From a virus: 64,000 bases of DNA. Position 1 is the first letter of the stretch. Every line of letters starts with the position of its first letter. The DNA lies in IMG/VR virus record IMGVR_UViG_3300037882_001257, positions 888-64,887 of that record. One strand, written 5' to 3'. The notes under the pieces are model-generated. The model was not told where the DNA came from and made no database searches. It saw nothing but the letters and a program-made list of their open reading frames with translations. Of the stretch, positions 1 through 9,300 are shown in pieces. The position numbers and the translations under genes were made by a program.

Positions 1-24
1 CTCAAAGAGACCCATCAAAATGCG

Positions 25-495
25 ATGGATGCCCTGTTTCTTAACATGTCTTTAGAGTGCCAAATCACATACGGTTCAACCAAATGGACCGATTGTGAAA
101 ATTGCATTTATGACCCAGTGGGTAAAAAGTCCTCTAATCGTTATCAACCGGGGGGTCCAGTCCCATTTACCAACGGCCAGTGTCCTTACTGTGCTGGTTT
201 AGGTAGAACTCCCGATGACTCTACAGAAGCCGTAGACTTGGTGGTTCTATGGAATCCTAAAGACTGGGTAAATGTTAGTCACAATAAAATTGCTGTCGCA
301 GAAGGAAAAGTGCAAACTATCAGCTTCCTACCAACCTATGCTAAGCTGAAACAAGCTAAAGAAATAATAGTTGATGTCAGTCTCAATAATCTAAATAGAC
401 ACGTTTACGTGCGCGATGGCGAGCCTGGGTGGATTGGTTTGGGCGAGTCCCGCTACGTCGTAACTATGTGGAAAGAGGCGGGAAGTGGCGGCTAG
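25..495 (+). CDS. Putative head-closure/neck protein with two CxxC pairs; probably 5'-truncated by the window edge
   Basis: Frame is open from nt 1 with no stop. It contains CENC and CPYC motifs and is the first gene of the neck-tail operon, overlapping the next ORF. Confidence 0.5.
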   Translation: MDALFLNMSLECQITYGSTKWTDCENCIYDPVGKKSSNRYQPGGPVPFTNGQCPYCAGLGRTPDDSTEAVDLVVLWNPKDWVNVSHNKIAVAEGKVQTISFLPTYAKLKQAKEIIVDVSLNNLNRHVYVRDGEPGWIGLGESRYVVTMWKEAGSGG

Positions 496-1135
496 TACCA
501 GCATCAAGATTCCGCTCACAATTAGGGTCAACTACCAGGAAATTAAGAACGGAATCGGCAAGATAGTAGCCGATGTAATGAACAAGGCTTTTACAGATAG
601 TCAAAAGCCCATTCGTGCTTTTGTGAGTGTCTCAATTCGAGACGCGATTAAGTCGTCAGATGAATACCGGGAAATGGCGGCGGGAACCCTACAGCAAGAA
701 TTGGGCGTTCCAGACTTACAAGCTCGCATCGACCGGATAATTGACTATTGGGCCAACATAAATATTAAGGTTATTCCAGCTAGAGTAGTTGGCACAAAGG
801 TAGTGGGCGGCATGAGGATAACGGCTGTGAGGGCCAACTTTCAGGATGTGTTAATCTCTCGTGATGCGACGTTCATCACTGAAAATGGCACGGTGCTTCC
901 TTGGTTAGAGTGGATGCTATTAAGGGGCAGTTCCGTTATTATCATGGACTACGAAATAGGCATTGGTTTGGGTAGAACCGGTAACAACGTGATGATTCAC
1001 GCTCCTGGGAGCCACTGGTCTATTCCTCCACAGTTTGCCGGTACTAAAGACGATAACTTTGTGACGCGGTCACTAGACAAGGTGCGCCAACAAATCGCTG
1101 ATAAAATTGAAGAAGAGATTTTCAAGAGAATATAA
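485..1135 (+). CDS. Putative neck/tail-completion protein (HK97 gp10-like position)
   Basis: 216 aa; overlaps both neighbours; lies upstream of the terminator-like and tube genes. Assignment is from synteny only. Confidence 0.45.
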   Translation: MAASTSIKIPLTIRVNYQEIKNGIGKIVADVMNKAFTDSQKPIRAFVSVSIRDAIKSSDEYREMAAGTLQQELGVPDLQARIDRIIDYWANINIKVIPARVVGTKVVGGMRITAVRANFQDVLISRDATFITENGTVLPWLEWMLLRGSSVIIMDYEIGIGLGRTGNNVMIHAPGSHWSIPPQFAGTKDDNFVTRSLDKVRQQIADKIEEEIFKRI

Positions 1136-2094
1136 TGGCCGTTGAATCTTACAATCCGAAATTTAAGCTGGCATCTCATTATGGAGATGACCACTATATT
1201 CAGCATTTAGAGAACGGTCTAGTATCGTTCACTGAGTGGGGTCTGCTTAAAATTGGTGCGTGGCAAGAGGTTCCCCTTTCTACATCGGGGATTGGTGGCG
1301 GGGATTTTAGTAGACTTCGACTCGGTGACGCCCCTGGATACTCTGCTGGTCAGGTGTGGGAAGGGGTCCGCAAACAGTGGGTGTATGAAACCGGTGTTAA
1401 TCACATAGATGGCACCGGTGGCACGCAAAACCCCCTTCCTGTGGGAACCCCCACAATAAATGGCGTTGCAGCAACAGGAGCATACCATGTGGACTATCCA
1501 AATGGTCGCATTATCTTTGATACTGCCATCTCTTCTTCTGCGACAGTAAAAGTGGCCCATTCTTTCAAGAACGTCCAAATTTACAAAGCAGATGAGTGCC
1601 CTTGGTATAACGAGATTCAATATCGGTCTCAAAGTCCAGAGTCTACACACTTTCAACAGCAGGGTAGCGGAAACTGGTCTGTGGGTCCAAACCATCGTAT
1701 TCAAATGCCTACCATAGTCATAGGGGCCATTGCAAGAGGTAATACGGCTCCGTTTGAAATAGGCAACGGTAAGCTATGGGGCTATCAAGACGTTATGTTT
1801 CATGTGTTCGCTGAAAACCGGGCCGATAGGAACAAGTTGGCATCTATTTTGATGGCTCAAACCGAGCTTAATATATGGCTGTATGACTCTAATATTGTAT
1901 CTGCTAGCGGAGCTTTTCCACTAGATTATAGGGGTGAATTTGTCGGCTCTAATATGTATCCTGATATAGTGTCGGAAACCAACTATAGATATAGACGGGC
2001 TAAGTTTAGAAGTGGGGTTTTACTAGGGGTAGAGTCCCGGCACCCCAATCTGCACGAGGGTTTGGTTAAAATGACTATGGAATTAGATTTGTAG
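1135..2094 (+). CDS. Putative tail terminator/completion protein
   Basis: 319 aa; contains a beta-rich YHVDYPNGRIIFD motif typical of virion proteins; directly precedes the tube gene. Confidence 0.45.
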   Translation: MAVESYNPKFKLASHYGDDHYIQHLENGLVSFTEWGLLKIGAWQEVPLSTSGIGGGDFSRLRLGDAPGYSAGQVWEGVRKQWVYETGVNHIDGTGGTQNPLPVGTPTINGVAATGAYHVDYPNGRIIFDTAISSSATVKVAHSFKNVQIYKADECPWYNEIQYRSQSPESTHFQQQGSGNWSVGPNHRIQMPTIVIGAIARGNTAPFEIGNGKLWGYQDVMFHVFAENRADRNKLASILMAQTELNIWLYDSNIVSASGAFPLDYRGEFVGSNMYPDIVSETNYRYRRAKFRSGVLLGVESRHPNLHEGLVKMTMELDL

Positions 2095-2104
2095 GTGTAT
2101 TATA
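2094..2104 (+). promoter_or_regulatory. GGTGTATTATA putative phage promoter motif
   Basis: The same 11-mer recurs on the - strand at 54415-54425 and 57164-57174. This copy is about 45 nt upstream of the tail tube start. Confidence 0.5.
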
Positions 2105-2149
2105 ACTACGCGGTATCAACCTTTGATAAAAGTGTTTCGGAGAAACTAA

Positions 2150-3343
2150 ATGGCTAATAAGAGAATTTACTTTGCAACTCACGCTGCTGCTATCAAGGGT
2201 GATGGCGGTTCTTATGACTTTGTGGCTGCTGATATGCTGCATGGTTTGCAAAGCGCAGGTGTTACTTCTAACTTCAACATTACCCCTATCTTTACACTGG
2301 GGCAACTGGAAACCTACGACAATGTCGAAGAAATTCCAGAAGTGGAAGTGTCTTTGCAGAAGGTGTTGGACGGTTATCCTTTGATTTACCATCACGCCAC
2401 TCAAGACACCACAACTGGTCCTACCCTTGCTAATAGAAGCACTTCTAAGTGCATGTTGGGTCTTGCTATCTATGAAGATACCAACGACTCCGCAATCGCT
2501 GGCGCGCAATCTGCCCCAAGCATTGCAGTGAACTCCGGTTTGTTCGTGGGCTCCTTGGCTTATAACTTCGGCCTAGACGGTGCGTTTACCGAAGATGTCA
2601 CCCTTGTTGGTAACCACCAAATCTGGAAGAACCAACCTGGACACGGCGCTGTTCTAAAGACTTTGCCAAGCCCATCTTTCGATACCGATGGAAGCAACCT
2701 AGATACAAACGACGACTCTCCAATCGGTAATGGTGGTGTTAACACCAGAGAAGACATGTTGTTCGACTTCGTAGCGGCTTCCGGCACAGACGTTAACGGT
2801 GCTGTTGCCGACCCTGATGCTACCATTCTCCCGTTTGACGTTGAAGGTATCACCAACAGCGGTACAAACGAAGAAGGTCTTGATGGTTCTTTCGGCGCTC
2901 ACTTGAGTTCTATCTCTGTGTCCGCTGACCTTTCTCGTGAGCCTTTGACTGAACTTGGTCGCAGACTTCCATATACCCGTAACATCAACTTCCCAATTCA
3001 GGTCACCACTGAAATTTCCGCTACTTCCCGTTCCGGTACTATGGTGTCCTTCATTGAAGAGGGTGTATACGGAACTGGTACGGGCGTTTGCGTGGCTGGT
3101 ACTAACTTGCAAAACCGCACTATCCGTATTGCGACTTGCGAAGGCACCAGAATTTACCTAGGTAAGAAGAATAAGCTTTCTGGTACTTCCTATTCCGGCG
3201 GTGACGCTGGTGGTGGTAACGTAACTGCAACTTATACCTACATTAACAACAACATTTTCACTGTTATGCACAGTGGCGAGTCTAACATCAATGCTTCGGC
3301 AGCTACTTGGTGGACTCAACGTGGCGCTTATTTGGTAGACTAG
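2150..3343 (+). CDS. Major tail tube protein
   Basis: 397 aa, G/T/N/S-rich. Carries tube-type motifs LQSAGVTSNFNITPIFTLGQ and LSSISVSADLSREPLTELG. Lies upstream of chaperones and the TMP and is followed by a terminator. Confidence 0.7.
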   Translation: MANKRIYFATHAAAIKGDGGSYDFVAADMLHGLQSAGVTSNFNITPIFTLGQLETYDNVEEIPEVEVSLQKVLDGYPLIYHHATQDTTTGPTLANRSTSKCMLGLAIYEDTNDSAIAGAQSAPSIAVNSGLFVGSLAYNFGLDGAFTEDVTLVGNHQIWKNQPGHGAVLKTLPSPSFDTDGSNLDTNDDSPIGNGGVNTREDMLFDFVAASGTDVNGAVADPDATILPFDVEGITNSGTNEEGLDGSFGAHLSSISVSADLSREPLTELGRRLPYTRNINFPIQVTTEISATSRSGTMVSFIEEGVYGTGTGVCVAGTNLQNRTIRIATCEGTRIYLGKKNKLSGTSYSGGDAGGGNVTATYTYINNNIFTVMHSGESNINASAATWWTQRGAYLVD

Positions 3344-3423
3344 TCACTAAGGCGGCTAGTTAAGGACATAATCTGTATAGGACTAAGAACCCAATGGAAA
3401 GGTTCTCAACAAGAATTTCTATT

Positions 3424-3463
3424 GGTCGGCTTAGTACCTTTGTGTATTAAGGCCGACCTTTTT
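3424..3463 (+). terminator. Intrinsic terminator after the tail tube gene
   Basis: GGTCGGC-TTAGTAC / GTATTAA-G-GCCGACC stem followed by TTTTT. Confidence 0.75.
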
Positions 3464-3887
3464 GTTTACAGGGGCAGATATGTGTGATTTGAGGGAACCG
3501 CCCACTCATCGGCGGGACGAGAACGGTAAGTTGCAACCTATTAGTCTACAAGGCCATGTAGCATACAATCAAGACATTGCAGAGCATTTCGGCTATCCTA
3601 CTAAAGACCAAATTACCATCGAAGGCTTATATTTTGTATGTGCCACTGGCGCTGGATATGATTATTACGATGGTGAAAAGTGGACAGGATATGATGGTTT
3701 AGTTTTTGCTGAGAGCCCCACTCCTTCTTGCGGCGGGCATTATTCTACTATGCTTCAAAGTATCAATGTATCTGCGGACCTTAGCAGAGAATCACTTGAT
3801 GAATTAGGAAGGCACTCACCATATGTTAGAAATGTGACTTTTCCGATAGACTTACTAGGACCACCGGAGGAACTATTAAATGGATAA
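3462..3887 (+). CDS. Small protein carrying a tail-tube-derived segment (likely ATG at 3480)
   Basis: aa 100-129 (SINVSADLSRESLDELGRHSPYVRNVTFPI) match tube aa 254-283 at 22/30 positions. Confidence 0.6.
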   Translation: MFTGADMCDLREPPTHRRDENGKLQPISLQGHVAYNQDIAEHFGYPTKDQITIEGLYFVCATGAGYDYYDGEKWTGYDGLVFAESPTPSCGGHYSTMLQSINVSADLSRESLDELGRHSPYVRNVTFPIDLLGPPEELLNG

Positions 3888-4044
3888 TGAGCTATATCTA
3901 TATATAGGTCGATTGTATGTTCAAGTTGTAAAAGACCAGGAACAGTTTGAGCAGGTGAAAGAAATCATCAAGAAAAAAGATGCTCAAATTGAAGAGTTAC
4001 AAAAGCAACTAAAGACCAATGGAACTGAGCAAAAGCACGTATAG
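3880..4044 (+). CDS. Small coiled-coil protein (54 aa, not in the ORF track)
   Basis: MDNELYLYIGRLYVQVVKDQEQFEQVKEIIKKKDAQIEELQKQLKTNGTEQKHV. It overlaps both neighbours and fills the gap exactly. Confidence 0.6.
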   Translation: MDNELYLYIGRLYVQVVKDQEQFEQVKEIIKKKDAQIEELQKQLKTNGTEQKHV

Positions 4045-5047
4045 AATATGCTGCGGTTACACACGTTGTTTTGTCGCAGATAAGACATACATAGTACATG
4101 CGCCAACATATGATATTTTGTATCTAGCTGAGGAAGCCTACGAGAAAGCCCTCGATAATCAGCGGTTTTCTAGCTCCTTACACAAGCCGGATGCTGTGCG
4201 GTTTTTAGTGAGTCAGGGCATCTGGTATGTTGACGGCGAAAAGCAACTTACTAAAGTTGAAAAAGACATAGAAGATGTTAAGGTGAACATGTACCGGTCA
4301 TATAGGATGGAGACCAAGTACAAATCCTTACTAAAAGACCTGGGTAAACTAAATAGATTACAGCAGAATCTCTTAGAGCGCAAACATAAGTATGACCATA
4401 CTACTAAAGAGGGGTTTGCAGACTATGTTAAGAGTAATTTCATACTGTTGAATTGTATTTATGGATTAGATGGTAATAGAGTTTGGAATAATATGGATGA
4501 GTGTAATCCTTCGTTATTAAACCAAATCTCTGTAGAGTTTAAGTCTAATCAACTGTCACACGATGAATTGAGATTATTAGCCCGAAGTGAGCCGTGGAAA
4601 ACTATATGGCGCGTTGAGGGTATGAAGGTTTTCAAGAACACTTACTTAGACGATGAGCAAAGAAGTCTTGTGTTGTATTCCCAAATGTATGATAGCATAT
4701 ATGCTCATCCAGAGTGCCCCCCGGACGTAGTGATTAAAAACGATGATTTGCTAGATGGCTGGCTGATTTCTAACCGCAGAGAAGCGGAAAAGAACAGGGC
4801 AGACAAAGATAAGGATTCAAATGTTCCAGAAAATCTGAAAAACCACAAAGAGGTATTTTTGATGGCTCGGAACCAAAAGGAAGCTCAGGAAATTTTTGAG
4901 CTGAATGATGCAGAGTCGAGAGAGGTAGTGAAGGGGCGGCAGGCTATGGCAAAGAAGCACGGCGAAGTGAAGCTTTCTCAGATGCCTGATGTACAGATGG
5001 AATTAAGAAATCAGCTACAACAACAGTTACTAGCAAAAGGAAAATAA
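4019..5047 (+). CDS. Hypothetical protein, possible tail assembly chaperone-like
   Basis: 342 aa, charged and helical; lies between the tube and TMP genes. Confidence 0.35.
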   Translation: MELSKSTYRICCGYTRCFVADKTYIVHAPTYDILYLAEEAYEKALDNQRFSSSLHKPDAVRFLVSQGIWYVDGEKQLTKVEKDIEDVKVNMYRSYRMETKYKSLLKDLGKLNRLQQNLLERKHKYDHTTKEGFADYVKSNFILLNCIYGLDGNRVWNNMDECNPSLLNQISVEFKSNQLSHDELRLLARSEPWKTIWRVEGMKVFKNTYLDDEQRSLVLYSQMYDSIYAHPECPPDVVIKNDDLLDGWLISNRREAEKNRADKDKDSNVPENLKNHKEVFLMARNQKEAQEIFELNDAESREVVKGRQAMAKKHGEVKLSQMPDVQMELRNQLQQQLLAKGK

Positions 5048-5048
5048 A

Positions 5049-5450
5049 ATGACCGAAGAAGAATCTGGTGCATTAAGTGTGTTTCAAACACAGGAGATTA
5101 TCCAAGAGCGTAAGAAGAAATTGGCTGAGAGAGAAGAAGCAGCCTCTAAGCAACGCCTAAAGAACGACATTCAAAAGAAAATGAAAACCACCATGATTGG
5201 TGCGTTAGCTTCTTTTGAAGAAACATTCGGCCACTTATGGGGACATAATAAGAGTGTGAGTAGCCTCACAAAGGACGAAAAACACATGCGGGAATTGTGG
5301 GACATAACAAGAACGGAAATTCTCGACAAAGGAAATAATCAGGTGCGTATGGCATTGAGTGAAATCTCGCAATACTCACTTAAATGGAACAAGTATCACG
5401 TAGATTTAACCATCAAGAAATTTGAGGAACCGAAAAATGAGCGCAACTAA
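5049..5450 (+). CDS. Hypothetical helical protein (tail chaperone region)
   Basis: 133 aa; starts 1 nt after the previous stop and overlaps the next ORF. Confidence 0.4.
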   Translation: MTEEESGALSVFQTQEIIQERKKKLAEREEAASKQRLKNDIQKKMKTTMIGALASFEETFGHLWGHNKSVSSLTKDEKHMRELWDITRTEILDKGNNQVRMALSEISQYSLKWNKYHVDLTIKKFEEPKNERN

Positions 5451-6279
5451 AGAGAAGAAACTGACTTTCAAGGCCACTGTTGGAGAACAAGAAGTTGAGT
5501 TGGCAATAACCGACCCAACTTGGCAGGAACAGCTTGAGGCACAAGACAAGTATAATGAGACCTTTTTCCGGTCGTCTAAGACAGCCATGTTGCGTCCGAA
5601 GCTGGATGAGTTCCTGCGTACACAAGGGGTTTGGACGCCAGAAAAGGAAGCGGAACTAACCACACTTGAAAAAGAATTGGATGAAACCATATATTCTATG
5701 GTAAAAGGCAATATTAAGCTGTCAGACCTTTTGAAGCTCCATTTGCGGGTTAGAGAGCTGAGAATAGAGATTAATCGTATTGCTAATATCAAGGAGCAAT
5801 ACATTTCCACAACTGCGGAATCTCAAGCTGAAAACATGCGTTTTGCCTGTCTGGTTTCCTCTGCTACGGTGTATAATGACACGGGTAAAAGGTACTGGCC
5901 TACCACTGAAGCTTATTTAATTGAAGCTGGTTCTGAAGTTGCTAATTTAGCTGCTAATAAATATGCTGCTGCGGCTGTTGGAGCTGGTGAAAACCCACAG
6001 GCAGAAAGAACCGAGAATAAGATACTCATCAAGTATGGCCTGATGGATAAGAAATGTCGTTATATTGACAGCAATAAAAAGCCTTATTCATATGCCTATC
6101 TTGACAACACATGGAAGAAGTTACTCGTAGATGACGAGGGTAACTGGGTGAATGAGAAAGGTCAGTATGTCGATGATGAGGGGCGTCTCATTGACAAAAA
6201 GGGTCGCTTTGTAGAAGAAGAAGGTACTGTCTTTTACGATGACGAAGGCAACGTAGTAACGCCGGTAGCAATAGAGTAA
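5422..6279 (+). CDS. Putative tail assembly chaperone with C-terminal DxxG beta-hairpin repeats (likely ATG near 5437)
   Basis: Immediately upstream of the TMP. C-terminus is DDEGNWV-NEKGQYV-DDEGRLI-DKKGRFV-EEEG. Confidence 0.4.
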   Translation: MRNRKMSATKEKKLTFKATVGEQEVELAITDPTWQEQLEAQDKYNETFFRSSKTAMLRPKLDEFLRTQGVWTPEKEAELTTLEKELDETIYSMVKGNIKLSDLLKLHLRVRELRIEINRIANIKEQYISTTAESQAENMRFACLVSSATVYNDTGKRYWPTTEAYLIEAGSEVANLAANKYAAAAVGAGENPQAERTENKILIKYGLMDKKCRYIDSNKKPYSYAYLDNTWKKLLVDDEGNWVNEKGQYVDDEGRLIDKKGRFVEEEGTVFYDDEGNVVTPVAIE

Positions 6280-6297
6280 AACTCAAATTACCTGGAT

Positions 6298-6350
6298 AAT
6301 GGTCATACCGGAGAGTGCTTAACAGCGCTACTGGCATGACCATTTTTATT
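6298..6350 (+). terminator. Long hairpin/terminator-like element before the TMP gene
   Basis: AATGGTCAT...ATGACCATT outer stem, inner AGTGCT-TAAC-AGCGCT stem, then TTTATT. Confidence 0.55.
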
Positions 6351-6363
6351 TATAGGTGCAAAA

Positions 6364-9300
6364 TTGGCTAATAGTTTCAATATCAATGCTAACGTCAAGA
6401 TGGGTGGACCAGCGGGTTTAGCTCAAATCGCTCGCTCTATTCAATCATCGTTGAGCAACATTAAAACAAACGTCCAGATTAATATAGACCCCAAAGCTGC
6501 GCCCGCTGTTTCCAAGCTGAATTCAGAACTTCGTAAGCTCAACCTTACGATGATGGATACTACCAAGAATATGCGAGCGATGACCAGCGCGCTCAATAAT
6601 CTACAAAAAGCCGCCACTTCTGGAAACGCCGGCATTGCTGCCGTATCTAAAGCAGCAAACAATCAGGCTAAAAGTACCAAGAAAGCCGCAGACGAAACTG
6701 GAAAACTTACCTCGGAGATGGCAGAGTTCGGGCGTATCTCCGGTCTAGCTGTCCGTAGATTTGCTGGCTTTAGCATTGCCACCGGCCTTATCTTTGGCCT
6801 CATCGGCGCTATGAAGAGTGCCGGCAAGGAAGCCTTTGATTTCCAGGGCCAGCTAGTTAAGATTTCGCAGGTTGAAGGCAGCACTGTGAAAAGCCTTAGA
6901 GGGTTGCAGGACGAAGTTACTCGATTAGCAACCACGCTAGGTGTAAGTTCTAAAGACCTGATTAACACTGCTCAAATTTTAGCTCAGGCCGGTTTAAGTG
7001 CCAGAGATACTAAAGTCGCTATGGAAGCGTTAGCTAAAACAACTTTGGCTCCGACTTTTGAAAACATTAATAGCACGGTAGAAGGTTCTATCGCTATTAT
7101 GTCTCAGTTCGGCATCGCAACTAAAGACCTTGAAAAAGCCCTTGGCTCCACTAATAAAGTGGCGGCAGAATTCGCCGTGGAATCTGATGATATTATCCAG
7201 GCTGTTCGCAGGGCCGGTGGTGCTTTTGCGGCTGCGTCAGCGGGCGTTAGCCAGGGAACAGACGCATTCAATGAATTCATTGCTGTGTTTACTAGTGTTC
7301 GTGCTACTACCAGAGAAAGCGCGGAATCTATCGCAACCGGCTTACGTACAGTCTTTACCCGTTTGCAGCGCACTTCTACCATTGACCAACTTGAGGAGTT
7401 GGGCATTGCTATGTCCGATGTAGAGGGAAAATTTATTGGGCCGTTCAAGGCTATTAATAATATCGCTAAGGCATTAGAAAGTATTGACCCAAGAGATAGA
7501 CGTTTCGCTGCGATTGCTGAAGAACTTGGTGGTTTTAGACAAATTTCCAAAGTTATTCCATTGTTATTGCAAACAGAAACACGTATGAAGGCGTTGGCTG
7601 CTGCTCAGGCCGGTCAGACTTCTCTTAGCGAGGATGCTGCTAAAGCTCAAGAGGCTCTTTCTGTTCGTTTCACTAAGGTACGCGAAGAGTTTGTTGCTCT
7701 CATTAGAGAAATCACGCAAACTGATACATTCAACGCTCTAGTAGATATAACCCTTGAGCTTGCTAAGAATCTAATCAACTTGGCTAGAGTATTCAAGCCG
7801 CTTATTCCGCTCATCACTGCTTTTGCTGCGATAAAGCTTGGTTCTGGCTTTGTGCAGTTTGGTCAGGGCTTTAAGAAGGGTGTGACTGGTGCTGGTGGCT
7901 CTAATGGTATGGGCCTTGGCCTAGCTAATCTACTCGGTGGACAACGCTTTAATAGTGGTGGTTTGGTTCCAGGTAGAGGGCCAAACAAGGATAGTATTTA
8001 TGCCCACTTGACTCCTGGTGAGTTCGTTATTCAGCGTCCTGCTGTGGACGCTTTGGGTGTGAGCTATCTCAATGCTATCAACCGTAACAAGGGTGGTATT
8101 GTACCTAAGTTTGCCACCGGTAGCACAGATAAATTCACCTTATCTAAGAGCCATATAAGCAACAACACGAAAATCCAAGATGAGTTTGGAAATCTTGAGC
8201 TAAGTCGTTCCGCTTCTAAGTCCTCAAAGGCATATAAGGCTGTCGCTCTATTCTTACAGCCACAAGGTATAGATAGACACATCTCTGGTAAACTGCCAAT
8301 TTCTGCATTTGCGGGTAAAGAAGGTCTACCAAAAGGCTCTACCCAAAGAACCGAAAGAAGTCTAGTTGCTTCGCAATTTGGCGGCTCTGATGGTGTGCCA
8401 TTTGAGATTATCTCTGCAAGTCTGACCAAGAACGCTTCTAGGGCTTTTGAGAGTCAACTTAAGACTGCTTTGACTGGATTCTTACGAAATCAAAGTTCTG
8501 GCTTGGTTGGTCCAGAATATGCGTTTTCTAAGCAGAAGATTAGACAGTCTTTGTCAGCGGGTCAATTTAACTTCCCAAGCATCTCTGGAAACATGTTTGA
8601 AGCGATGTTGGCTTCTTCTAGTCAACCATTTGATGATAAGAGGGCTTCTAATTCCACTTTTGACTTTGCTTCCACTTCGCCACAAGTTGCGAAGTCATTT
8701 GGTTTAAACACAGACGAATCTACCTATCGAGGAGATGCGAAAAGAAGCTATAATGACGACGCTATCGGTTCTCTTTCCAAAAAAGTCAGAAACCAGATTC
8801 GCAATGATATTAAGCTATCCAGGAAAGCTGTCGGGGGTTCTGTAGGTGAAGATGAAGCTAACGCTATGGTTGCTCCTGGTGAGTATATCTTGGGTCGCCC
8901 TGCCGTGCAACGGCTTGGGGTTGGCGGCGCTAGAAAACTTAATAACGCTCACAAGAAGGGATTTGTTACGGGTGGTTTATTTGGTTCTTATCCAGGATTT
9001 GTTGACGGAGACGAGGTCAAAAAAAGACAGGAAGAAATCAAGAGACAGGCCGAAATTAGACAGAATCAACAACGCATAAGAGAAGAGGCTGCTCGAAAGA
9101 AAAGGGAAAGGGTGTTGGGACCAACGCCTAGAAATCCTACCCTGGCAGACATAAAGAACCGTGCAAATGCTAGAAAGTTAGGACAAGCGCCAAGAATTCC
9201 CGGTTCTATTCCGGGGGCTTTTAGGCCAGAACCTATCGTTCCGGTTGCCCCTATTATTGTACCTCCACTCGCAGATAGTGGTGTAAACCGAGCGGGTTCA

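Noticed and set aside
2909-3848. Tube/mini-paralog repeat as a DGR template/variable repeat pair
   Set aside because: Differences are spread over synonymous positions rather than being adenine-specific, and no reverse transcriptase is in the window.
5040-5460. Programmed -1 frameshift between tail chaperone ORFs (lambda G/GT-like)
   Set aside because: The 5422 ORF is in the +1 frame relative to the 5049 ORF, there is no clear X XXY YYZ slippery site, and the ORF has its own ATG.
5868-5877. GGTGTATAAT copy as an additional promoter
   Set aside because: It lies deep inside a coding region, about 490 nt from the next start and upstream of a terminator-like hairpin, so it may be coincidental.
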